A stretch of DNA of 64,000 nt, from contig JAFDGR010000002.1 of NCBI GenBank assembly GCA_019309145.1, positions 8,674 to 72,673 of the forward strand, written 5' to 3'. The notes beneath the pieces were generated by a model. That model saw only the letters and a program-made list of their open reading frames with translations, was not told the DNA's origin and did not search any database. Both the position numbers and the translations under genes were made by a program. Source of the DNA: Deltaproteobacteria bacterium (lineage in GTDB: Bacteria; Desulfobacterota; DSM-4660; Desulfatiglandales; Desulfatiglandaceae). Shown one piece after another: positions 17,658-25,270 of this stretch; the stretch's first letter is position 1; each line of letters starts with the position of its first letter.

Positions 17658-18437
17658 CTATCCCCCGAACAGGTTCAATATCAAACCAGTGACAATTGCA
17701 GCACCTATGGAGACCACGAAAGAAAGACTGTTCCGCAGGATGGAAAACCTGGGCTCCAGGGCAACCATCTCCGCAGGCAACTGGATGAGGCCTACACTTA
17801 CCCAGGTCATCATGAATGCGGTTACCGCAAAAAGATTTACCCCATTATCCAGCATTTCGCCACCGATGATATAGCTGTTAATGGGATTCCCGGGTAGAAT
17901 ACTGCCAAAACATGCTCCCCAGATGGTGTCCACTATTTTATTTCCGGAAAATATTGAAAGCAGTAACTCTTTCGAAATGAATGCCTTGAACAGACCCATG
18001 AGGAGGACAATACTGATGAGAATCGGCAGCATTTTTCCAAATTGACCGGCAGTCTTTGACAGGGCCTCAGGGACATTTTCCCAACGGGTTTTTTCAGGCT
18101 TCGCCAATGTGGAATCAGCACTGCTTTTTCTCGGTCGCTTATATTGCTCCACCACGTGTGAAACTGTTGATTCTATCCCGGTGACGACCTCAATGTTGTA
18201 TGCCTTCAGGTAGTTTTCAGCAGCGGGACTGCTGTACCCGGTGAGCACAACATCAACTTTTTGCTCGATAGCAAGGGCAACCGCCTGCATGCCACTTCCG
18301 GAACCCGCACCAGGATTTTTCAGAGCTTCAAATGCCATGGTTTCTAGGTTCACAATGATCAGGTAAGGTGAGGTCCCGAGCCTGTGGCCCACTCTTGATT
18401 CTAAACCGGGGCCTTCTGATGAAATGGCAATTTTCAT
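17658..18437 (-). CDS. NifB/NifX-like (dinitrogenase Fe-Mo cofactor-binding fold) domain fused to the N-terminal half of a split permease
   Basis: aa 1-~100: MKIAISSEG...SRVGHRLGTSPYLIIVNLET...VDVVLTGYSSPAAENYLKAYNIEVV. aa ~130-259 are hydrophobic with GSILPGNPINSYIIGG. Confidence 0.6.
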   Translation of the reverse strand: MKIAISSEGPGLESRVGHRLGTSPYLIIVNLETMAFEALKNPGAGSGSGMQAVALAIEQKVDVVLTGYSSPAAENYLKAYNIEVVTGIESTVSHVVEQYKRPRKSSADSTLAKPEKTRWENVPEALSKTAGQFGKMLPILISIVLLMGLFKAFISKELLLSIFSGNKIVDTIWGACFGSILPGNPINSYIIGGEMLDNGVNLFAVTAFMMTWVSVGLIQLPAEMVALEPRFSILRNSLSFVVSIGAAIVTGLILNLFGG

Positions 18438-18521
18438 GAATCATTCCTCCTCCAGCGAACTTATGAATTACATTCTTTGTGCATAGGATGCGGCCTGCAG
18501 CATAAACCATGCTTTGACAGC

Positions 18522-18529
18522 ATATTACT
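18522..18529. promoter_or_regulatory. Isolated ArsR-operator half-site upstream of the NifX-permease operon
   Basis: ATATTACT follows a TTGACA (18514-18519). There is no matching right half. Confidence 0.2.
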
Positions 18530-18645
18530 CGATGATCTGTTGGGGGTCAAATTATGATCAGGAGAGAAGCGTGAGAATGAAACGTTTCACGTTTTGAAAC
18601 GTCTTTCGTGAAAATTACCTTAAATTCTTTTCGATTACCTTTTAA

Positions 18646-18951
18646 CTTGCACAGCAGCTTGGTTGTGAAATAGTAGAATTGAACATTAAAGCTGATCATG
18701 TGCATCTAATAACGAATGTTCCGCCCAAGGTTTCCATATCGCAATTGATGGGCACCCTAAAAGGGAGGACAGCGATCCGAGTTTTCAAACAATATCCATA
18801 CCTGAAGAAGAAGCCATATTGGGGCAACCACTTTTGGGCTAAAGGGTATTGTGTTGATACGATTGGTTTAGATCCCGAGATGATAAGAAAATACGTTCGC
18901 TGTCAAGAAGCGAAAGAGCGAGAACAAGAACAGCGAAGTTTTCAATTCTAA
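18646..18951 (+). pseudogene. tnpA: IS200/IS605-family tnpA remnant (5'-truncated; N-terminal HUH region missing)
   Basis: LAQQLGCEIVELNIKADHVHLITNVPPKVSISQLMGTLKGRTAIRVF...WGNHFWAKGYCVDTIG matches the C-terminal two thirds of IS200 TnpA. An in-frame stop lies at 18643. Confidence 0.75.
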
Positions 18952-18972
18952 TCATCCCGATGGGGGTAACCC

Positions 18973-18999
18973 TGCCTTGCCTTCTCGGAGGGCAAGGCA
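18973..18999 (+). mobile_element. Subterminal hairpin at the right end of the IS200 remnant
   Basis: TGCCTTGCC-ttctcggag-GGCAAGGCA (perfect 9-bp stem) followed by TTTT. A second stem, CCCCC-tttca-GGGGG, lies at 19006-19020. Confidence 0.5.
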
Positions 19000-19012
19000 T
19001 TTTGGCCCCCTT

Positions 19013-19267
19013 TCAGGGGGCATAGGCAAAACCAGGTCCTTTGGGCCTGGATGCTTTACTCTCTTCTGTCAAGGGGCGCCAGTCCACTGCGCCAAGGTGT
19101 TTCCCGAACAGGTGGAGAACTTGATTTACTTTGTCCATCCTCAAAGTGGCCTTACCACGTTCGAGCTCCCTGATGAACCTCAAGCCAACACCGGCTTTTT
19201 CGGCCAGGTCAACCTGCGTCAGCCTATGCAGTTTACGCTGTTTTCTTACGAAGTCACTGATGTCCAT
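19013..19267 (-). CDS. XRE-family HTH protein (HipB / Y4mF-type antitoxin-like), orphan
   Basis: FVRKQRKLHRLTQVDLAEKAGVGLRFIRELERGKATLRMDKVNQVL. The C-terminal tail runs into the IS200 end. No toxin gene lies downstream. Confidence 0.7.
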   Translation of the reverse strand: MDISDFVRKQRKLHRLTQVDLAEKAGVGLRFIRELERGKATLRMDKVNQVLHLFGKHLGAVDWRPLTEESKASRPKGPGFAYAP

Positions 19268-19276
19268 AGCTCGATA

Positions 19277-19376
19277 ATATACCCGATAAGGTTGATTTGT
19301 TCTGGTTTAAAGGAGCAGTATACCCGATCAGGATAAAAATACGGGTTATTGCAATATATGGTACCCGAAAGGGTAT
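19277..19376. promoter_or_regulatory. Three phased TACCCGA motifs (exact 41-bp spacing) upstream of the HTH gene
   Basis: TATACCCGATAAGG (19278), TATACCCGATCAGG (19319) and GTACCCGAAAGGGTA (19361, palindromic). The ACCCG cores sit at 19281, 19322 and 19363. Confidence 0.5.
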
Positions 19377-19439
19377 GGTGAAAGTATTTGAATGCCATTT
19401 TCATCCCTTTCGGGTATAAAGTCAAGGAGAATCTTCGTC

Positions 19440-19684
19440 CCAAATCCACAACCTTGAGCTTTATGGCCGCTTCCAACAATTTTGAGCTGTCCATCGCCGT
19501 GGCCGTGGCAGTGTTCGGGATCGACTCTGGCCAGGCCTTTGCGGCGCTCATCGGCCCCCTGGTGGGGGTGCCGGTGCTCATCAGCCTGGTCAACGTGGCA
19601 TTGTGGTTCAAGCGGCGGTATTTTCCTTATGCCGTGGAGACGCCTACCGGCGTATGCCACGTAACATGCGAACCATCGGCCTAA
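19440..19684 (+). pseudogene. acr3: 3'-terminal fragment (~79 codons) of a second acr3 gene
   Basis: [79 protein letters not shown] is paralogous to the 16690-16961 region. No upstream acr3 sequence is present. Confidence 0.8.
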
Positions 19685-19766
19685 CTCTTCATAGAAATAA
19701 CAAGTTCAATCCTGACCACAGTTGCGGGAATCGCAAGCAAACTGAAACCCCGCCGGCACTTTTGCC

Positions 19767-19810
19767 TTGACGGGAGAAAAGTCTATATTTATATTACCAA
19801 TTAAGAATAT
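19767..19810 (+). promoter_or_regulatory. Sigma-70-type promoter with ArsR-operator-like element upstream of the sigma-54 activator gene
   Basis: TTGACG (19767-19772), 17 nt, TATATT (19790-19795). ATATTACC-aatt-AAGAATAT (19791-19810) matches the arsR operator in 7/8 + 6/8 positions and holds the same position relative to the -10. Confidence 0.45.
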
Positions 19811-19902
19811 AGTGAAAGGTTCTGTCTCTGTTATCAGCATTTTCTGATTAACTTCTTTTGACAAGCGTTGAATGACGCAAACAGATTGGTGAAGAATGCG
19901 AA

Positions 19903-21288
19903 ATGGGAGAAAAAGATATAACCCCTAGTCATACCTTGTTCACCTCATGCCGGATAACTTCCGGTGCCATATCTCCTTGCTGCATCATCCTGGAGAGTAT
20001 CAGTGACGGTGTTTTCACTATCGATCCGGACAAGAGAATCTCCTCTTTTAATCGGGCTGCAGAAAACATCACGGGTTTCCAGGCCGCTGAGGCAGTGGGG
20101 CATTTCTGCTTCGATATCTTCCGTGCCGACATTTGTGAAAAAAGATGCGCGCTCGACAGAACACTTGCGAGCGGCAATCCCCAGATAAATCTTCCGGCAA
20201 ATATTATTACCAAGAACGGGCGCCAGAAAATTATCAGCATCAGTACCTCTGTGCTGAAAAACGAAGTTGGGAAGATTATCGGGGCCGTGGAGACATTCAG
20301 GGACCTTTCTGAATTGCGGGAGCTGAGAAAGCATCTGACCCACAATTTTACGTCCGATGACATCGTTGGAAAACACCCGAAGATGCGCGAGATCCTCTCG
20401 TCACTTCCTGATATCGCGGCCAGTGAAAGCCCGGTGCTCATAGAAGGACCAACCGGGTCGGGCAAAGAATTGGTAGCCCGGGCCGTCCATTCCCTGAGCC
20501 CCCGAAAAAAAGGGCCTTTCGTCCCGGTAAACTGCGCGGCCCTGCCGGACACCCTTCTTGAATCAGAATTGTTCGGCTTTGCCAGAGGTGCTTTTACCGG
20601 GGCCGTCCGAAAAAAGGCTGGAAGATTCCTGTCAGCAAATAAGGGGACTATTTTCCTGGATGAAATTTCCAGTACGTCCATGGCGTTCCAGGTCCATCTC
20701 CTGAGGATCCTGGAAGACGGTGTGTTTACCCCCCTCGGGGAAACAAGACCGGTAAAGGCTGATTTTCGGGTAGTAACGGCCACAAACCATGATTTGAAGC
20801 AGTTGATGCGGGAAGGAAAGTTCAGGGAGGATCTCTACTTCAGACTGAATGTTGCCAAGATCAGCCTGCCGCCCCTCAGGGAAAGGAAGGAAGACATCCC
20901 GTTACTGATCAACCACTGCATTCAAAAATTCAATTTCATCAAGGGAAAGAACATACAGGGAGTGAGTCCTGAAGTTCTCTCATTTCTCATAGATTACCCT
21001 TTTCCCGGGAATATCCGCGAGCTGGAAAATATCATAGAATATGCCTTCATTTTGTGTAAAGGACCCACCATAGAAATGGACCACCTTTCAAAGGACCTCC
21101 TCGATGAACCGAGTGGCTGGTATCAGAGGACATATGAACCGGAAAGTCCGCAGGAGTTCAAAGAGCTGACAAAGATCCGGGCGGTACTGGAGCAGTGCCA
21201 AGGGAACCGCATTGAGGCAGCTCATGCTCTTGGTTTGAGCCGGACCACTCTCTGGCGCAAGATGAAAAAATACGGTCTCATGGGTTAA
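19903..21288 (+). CDS. Sigma-54-dependent transcriptional activator, PAS(Cys motif)-AAA+-Fis HTH, no receiver domain
   Basis: PAS domain with C69-x8-C78-x3-C82. AAA+ core shows GPTGSGKE, ESELFGFARGAFTGA (GAFTGA loop) and REDLYFRL. C-terminal HTH is GLSRTTLWRKMKKYG. Confidence 0.85.
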   Translation: MGEKDITPSHTLFTSCRITSGAISPCCIILESISDGVFTIDPDKRISSFNRAAENITGFQAAEAVGHFCFDIFRADICEKRCALDRTLASGNPQINLPANIITKNGRQKIISISTSVLKNEVGKIIGAVETFRDLSELRELRKHLTHNFTSDDIVGKHPKMREILSSLPDIAASESPVLIEGPTGSGKELVARAVHSLSPRKKGPFVPVNCAALPDTLLESELFGFARGAFTGAVRKKAGRFLSANKGTIFLDEISSTSMAFQVHLLRILEDGVFTPLGETRPVKADFRVVTATNHDLKQLMREGKFREDLYFRLNVAKISLPPLRERKEDIPLLINHCIQKFNFIKGKNIQGVSPEVLSFLIDYPFPGNIRELENIIEYAFILCKGPTIEMDHLSKDLLDEPSGWYQRTYEPESPQEFKELTKIRAVLEQCQGNRIEAAHALGLSRTTLWRKMKKYGLMG

Positions 21289-21328
21289 GAGAAGCGAAAA
21301 TCGATAAGGCGTTCATTTAGGGTAACCT

Positions 21329-24262
21329 ATGAATTACAAAGAGTTGCTCGAAAAATACAATCTCTTGTTAAGCGAGAACAGCCGCTTGGTAAGAGAAAAT
21401 GACAAGCTAAAGGCACAGATTGAGAAAACGAAGCGCAGGCCTGCTGAAAAGGAATTCACAGGTTCAACCGCAGAAAAAAACATGCTTGACAATGAACCGA
21501 CTGACAGCGCCTCGCTTTCAGGTGTAAACAACAGATCGGATTCGACCTCAAAAATTAGCCTATTTATGTCGCTTTTCAAAGGCCGTGATGATGTGTATGC
21601 GAAGAAATGGGAGAACAAAAAGAAGACAACATCGGGATATTCACCCGTTTGTCTGAATCAATGGGAGGTTGGATTGTGCGGCAAGCCAAAAGCCTCCTGT
21701 TCCAAATGCGCCAATCAGTTATATGACGCTTTGGATGATCATGTCATAGAAAACCATCTGAGAGGGAGTATCATTGTCGGTATCTATCCAATGCTTCCAG
21801 ATGAAACCTGCCACTTTTTAGCAATGGATTTTGATGAAGCCGGCTGGCAAGACGATGTCACAACAGTGAGAGAGGTTTGCGTCGAGTTTGATATTCCGGT
21901 GGCGGTGGAGCGGTCGCAATCCGGTAACGGCGCGCACCTGTGGTTTTTCTTTGAAAACCGATTGCCCGCTGCCTTAGCGAGAAAGTTTGGCACCGCCATT
22001 TTGACCTTTTCTATGAACAGGAGACATGAAATACATTTCAAATCATATGACAGATTGTTTCCCAGTCAGGACACAATGCCCAAAGGAGGTTTTGGCAATC
22101 TGATTGCTCTGCCATTCCAAAAATCTGCAAGGAAGAACAATAATAGCGAATTTATCGATGAAAGCTTTGAATCCTATAGTTATCAGTGGGCATTTTTGTC
22201 ATCGATTCAAAAGATTTCTGAAGACCGCATTAAGGATCTTATACAGAAGCTTTGTCATGACCATGAATTGGGGGCCTTGAAAATCGACGAAGAGGAACAA
22301 GGAAAGCCATGGGAAACACAACCAATCAGCCACCTGAAAAAAAGCGATTTTCCAGAGCAAATCGATATCGTGAAAGCAAATATGTTGTTTATTCCAAAGC
22401 GCAATATCTCCCAAAGGGCATTGAACCGATTGAAAAGATTGGCTTCTTTTAAAAACCCAATGTTTTACAAGCAGCAAGCCATGCGGTTGTCAACGTACGG
22501 ATACCCAAGGATTATCTCGTGTGCGGATGAAACGACGGACTATCTGTGTTTGCCGAGAGGCTGTGAAATGGACCTGCTGGCTGAATTAAAACAATATGGT
22601 ATAGATACTCATCTTATCGATAAGACCTATTGCGGGAAAAGAATAGATGTAGAATTCAACGGCCACTTAAGAGATGAACAACCTTTGGCCCTTGATCAGC
22701 TAATGCAGTATGATATTGGAATACTTTCAGGAACAACCGCTTTTGGGAAAACCATCGTAGCCATCAAGCTGATCGCCGAAAGAAAAGTCAATACCCTTAT
22801 CTTGGTGGATAGGATCGGCTTGCTCAAACAATGGCAGGAACGGTTATCTGAATTTTTGGTCATAAATGAAACCTTACCGGAACTGATTACTCCAGCAGGC
22901 AAAAAAAGAGGGAGAAACAAAAAGGCGGGCGTCATCGGCCAGATGGGCGGGGGCAAAAAAGCCCTAAGTGGTATTGTGGATATTGCCGTTATGCAATCCT
23001 TAAGCAGGAGGGGAGAGGTAAAGAATTGTGTCAAAGACTATGGGATGGTTATTGCGGATGAGTGTCATCATGCTTCGGCTTTCAGCTATGAAAGTATTCT
23101 GAAGGCCACAAATGCCAAGTATGTTTACGGCCTGACAGCCACACCGACACGAAAGGATGGACATCATCCCATACTTTTTATGCATTGCGGTCCAATACGG
23201 TATCGCGATAATGCAAAAAAGCAGGCAGAGAAGAGACCTTTTGACCACTATATCATTCCCCGGTTTACGCGCCTGAGAATTCCTTTGAATAGTGATGAAA
23301 AGGATATTTCCATCCAGGAATTGTATTCTGAAGTTATTGATAATGAACCCCGGAATCAGCAAATTGTCGAAGACGTTCTAGACAGCTATAAACGTGGCAG
23401 GAACTGCATTATTCTAACATTAAGAACCACTCATGTTGAACTGCTTGCGAAGAAATTAGGGGAAGAAATCTCGGATGTTGTGGTGCTGATGGGTGGAATG
23501 GGTTCAAAGACAACACGGGAGGTTCTTCAACGCATTAGGAACACGCCGGCAGATAAAAATCTGATATTGGTGGCTACAGGGCCTTTTATCGGAGAAGGCT
23601 TTGACGAACCTCGCCTTGATACGTTGTTCTTGACTATGCCGGTATCGTGGAAAGGCACACTCCAGCAATATGCCGGAAGACTTCATCGACTGTTTATGGA
23701 TAAAAAGGAAGTGCAGATCTATGATTATGTGGATATCCATGTAAGAATGCTGGAAAGAATGTATCAGAAAAGACTTACTGGGTATGCTTCGATGGGATAC
23801 AAAGCAAAAAGCGAAAATAACATGTCAGCATCATTGGATATTATTTTTGATAAGGACAGCTTTTTGCCTGTTTTCAGCAACGATGTTGCTGCCACAAAAA
23901 AAGAAATTTTAATGGTAAGCCCCTTTGTGAGAAAGAGGCGTTCAGTGCAAATGCTACAACACTTGAGAATCGCCGTTGACAAAGGCATCCGAGTCATTGT
24001 TGTGACAAGACCGGCAGAGGCTTTTGAAGCCAAAGATCGAGTTGCGTTGCAGCGAGTATTGGAGGTACTGGAAAACAACGATATAAGTGTTATTTTTAAA
24101 CCCAATATTCATCAAAAATTCGCAATCATGGATCAAAAGACTGTGTGGTATGGCAGCATCAATCTCTTGAGCTACGGCAATGCTCAGGAAAGCATCATGC
24201 GCATTGAAAGCCCCAATATCGCAAATGAGTTGATGAGAAGTGTAGAAAGCTTGAGCCCCTAA
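21329..24262 (+). CDS. Fusion protein: coiled coil + Cys4 + archaeo-eukaryotic primase (AEP) domain + SF2 DExH helicase + C-terminal HKD (PLD-family) nuclease
   Basis: AEP motifs are AMDFDE (aa 165-170), SGNGAHLWFFF (198-208) and YDRLFP (240-245). Helicase motifs are GTTAFGKT (468-475), DECHH (577-581), TATP (603-606) and QYAGRLHR (779-786). The PLD motif is HQKFAIMDQKTVWYGSIN (928-945), i.e. HxK-x4-D-x6-GSxN. Confidence 0.8.
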   Translation: MNYKELLEKYNLLLSENSRLVRENDKLKAQIEKTKRRPAEKEFTGSTAEKNMLDNEPTDSASLSGVNNRSDSTSKISLFMSLFKGRDDVYAKKWENKKKTTSGYSPVCLNQWEVGLCGKPKASCSKCANQLYDALDDHVIENHLRGSIIVGIYPMLPDETCHFLAMDFDEAGWQDDVTTVREVCVEFDIPVAVERSQSGNGAHLWFFFENRLPAALARKFGTAILTFSMNRRHEIHFKSYDRLFPSQDTMPKGGFGNLIALPFQKSARKNNNSEFIDESFESYSYQWAFLSSIQKISEDRIKDLIQKLCHDHELGALKIDEEEQGKPWETQPISHLKKSDFPEQIDIVKANMLFIPKRNISQRALNRLKRLASFKNPMFYKQQAMRLSTYGYPRIISCADETTDYLCLPRGCEMDLLAELKQYGIDTHLIDKTYCGKRIDVEFNGHLRDEQPLALDQLMQYDIGILSGTTAFGKTIVAIKLIAERKVNTLILVDRIGLLKQWQERLSEFLVINETLPELITPAGKKRGRNKKAGVIGQMGGGKKALSGIVDIAVMQSLSRRGEVKNCVKDYGMVIADECHHASAFSYESILKATNAKYVYGLTATPTRKDGHHPILFMHCGPIRYRDNAKKQAEKRPFDHYIIPRFTRLRIPLNSDEKDISIQELYSEVIDNEPRNQQIVEDVLDSYKRGRNCIILTLRTTHVELLAKKLGEEISDVVVLMGGMGSKTTREVLQRIRNTPADKNLILVATGPFIGEGFDEPRLDTLFLTMPVSWKGTLQQYAGRLHRLFMDKKEVQIYDYVDIHVRMLERMYQKRLTGYASMGYKAKSENNMSASLDIIFDKDSFLPVFSNDVAATKKEILMVSPFVRKRRSVQMLQHLRIAVDKGIRVIVVTRPAEAFEAKDRVALQRVLEVLENNDISVIFKPNIHQKFAIMDQKTVWYGSINLLSYGNAQESIMRIESPNIANELMRSVESLSP

Positions 24263-24270
24263 CCGACGAC

Positions 24271-24432
24271 ATGGCCGACGAGGAAAAACTGGTCATTATT
24301 CAACGCGAGTTTGACCGCCTCTACGACCCCGGCCATCCGGTGCGCAACAATTTGGAGACCCTGGACTCGGTTGAAGAGGTGCGGATTATCAGGGAGGCGA
24401 TTAAGAATAGGGAATTAAGAATAGGGAATTAA
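24271..24432 (+). CDS. Possible 53-aa ORF or gene remnant whose 3' end is made of the 14-bp tandem repeat
   Basis: MADEEKLVIIQREFDRLYDPGHPVRNNLETLDSVEEVRIIREAIKNRELRIGN. No family was recognised, and the last 11 codons are repeat-derived. Confidence 0.2.
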   Translation: MADEEKLVIIQREFDRLYDPGHPVRNNLETLDSVEEVRIIREAIKNRELRIGN

Positions 24433-24441
24433 GAATAGGGA
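24400..24441. repeat. Three perfect tandem copies of a 14-bp unit ATTAAGAATAGGGA
   Basis: Units lie at 24400-24413, 24414-24427 and 24428-24441, followed by a partial ATGGGGAATT. Confidence 0.9.
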
Positions 24442-24824
24442 ATGGGGAATTGAAAGTCGATATTTGTGAGAGGACATTTGCTTTTGCAGTGCGGGTTGTG
24501 AAATTGTGCCAGTTTCTTGATGAGACACCGAGGGTTGGACGAACCCTGGCCAGGCAACTTATCCGGTCTGGGGCTTCCATTGGTGCCAATGTCGAGGAGG
24601 CCCAAGCTGGACAAAGCCGGGCTGACTTTTTGTCGAAGATGTCGATTGCATATAAAGAAGCCCGTGAAACCCTGTACTGGTTAAAACTGCTTGCTGCATC
24701 TGAGGTCATGCCGATGGAACGTCTGAGCGAAATGATGGATGAAGCAAACGAGCTCGTGGCTATTTTGACGTCAATTATCAAATCTACCAAAGCCATCGCT
24801 CAATGAATTCACCATTCCCTATTC
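24433..24824. repeat. Inverted repeats exactly bracketing the four-helix-bundle ORF
   Basis: GAATAGGGAATGG (24433-24445) is the perfect reverse complement of CCATTCCCTATTC (24812-24824). The match extends to 18/20 (24433-24452 vs 24805-24824), and the arms contain the TTG start and the TGA stop. Confidence 0.85.
24450..24806 (+). CDS. Four-helix-bundle protein (23S rRNA intervening-sequence protein family)
   Basis: FAFAVRVVKLCQFL...LARQLIRSGASIGANVEEAQAGQSRADFLSKMSIAYKEARETLYWLKLL is the hallmark of this family. TTG start. Confidence 0.8.
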   Translation: MKVDICERTFAFAVRVVKLCQFLDETPRVGRTLARQLIRSGASIGANVEEAQAGQSRADFLSKMSIAYKEARETLYWLKLLAASEVMPMERLSEMMDEANELVAILTSIIKSTKAIAQ

Positions 24825-24858
24825 AAAATTCACTATTCCAAGACAGAGTCTTGATCCA

Positions 24859-25256
24859 ATGACAGTTGATCGTCCAATTGAATACCTGGTCAGTATCGTG
24901 CAGGAGTTGCGGAAGCTTCCAGAGGAAACGGAATGGGTCGAGTTCAAGCACAACAGAGACAACCCGGAGGAGATCGGCGAATATATCTCAGCTCTTGCAA
25001 ACGCGGCAGCGGGGTAGATAAAAGAGAAATGGACAAGGAAGACCGTGTTCGAGCCTGCTATCTGCACGCCTGCCTGCGTTATGTTCAACGGGACTTCATG
25101 ACCAATCCCACCCTGCGGGACCGTTTCGGAATTGAAGCCAAAAACAGCGCTACTGCATCCAGAATTATCAAAGAGACTTTGGAAACCGGAAAGATCCGGC
25201 CCTATGATGAAGCAGCAGCCAAAAAATTTATGAAATATGTACCATGGTGGGCGTGA
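24859..25256 (+). pseudogene. AlbA_2/Schlafen-type putative DNA-binding regulator (RecG-like annotation class) with large internal deletion and frameshift
   Basis: N-terminal 52 codons (MTVDRPIEYLVSIVQELRKLPEETEWVEFKHN...ISALANAAAG) end at TAG 25015. The C-terminal HTH part (RACYLHACLRYVQRDFMTNPTLRDRFGI...YVPWWA) continues in another frame to 25256. Confidence 0.6.
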
Positions 25257-25270
25257 TGGGGAAACGGATT

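Noticed and set aside
18578-18614. A GAAACGT repeat/palindrome cluster (TGAAACGTTTCA ... TGAAACGTC ... TTTCGTGAAAA) as a possible IS200 left-end hairpin.
   Set aside because: The tnpA 5' part is missing, so the left end should have been deleted. The motif could equally be an operator for the divergent permease operon. This stays undecided.
19754-19766. A sigma-54-like CCGGCAC-TTTTGCC upstream of the 19903 activator.
   Set aside because: The GC dinucleotide is 3 nt too close to the GG (a 7-nt offset instead of 10), so it does not fit the -24/-12 geometry.
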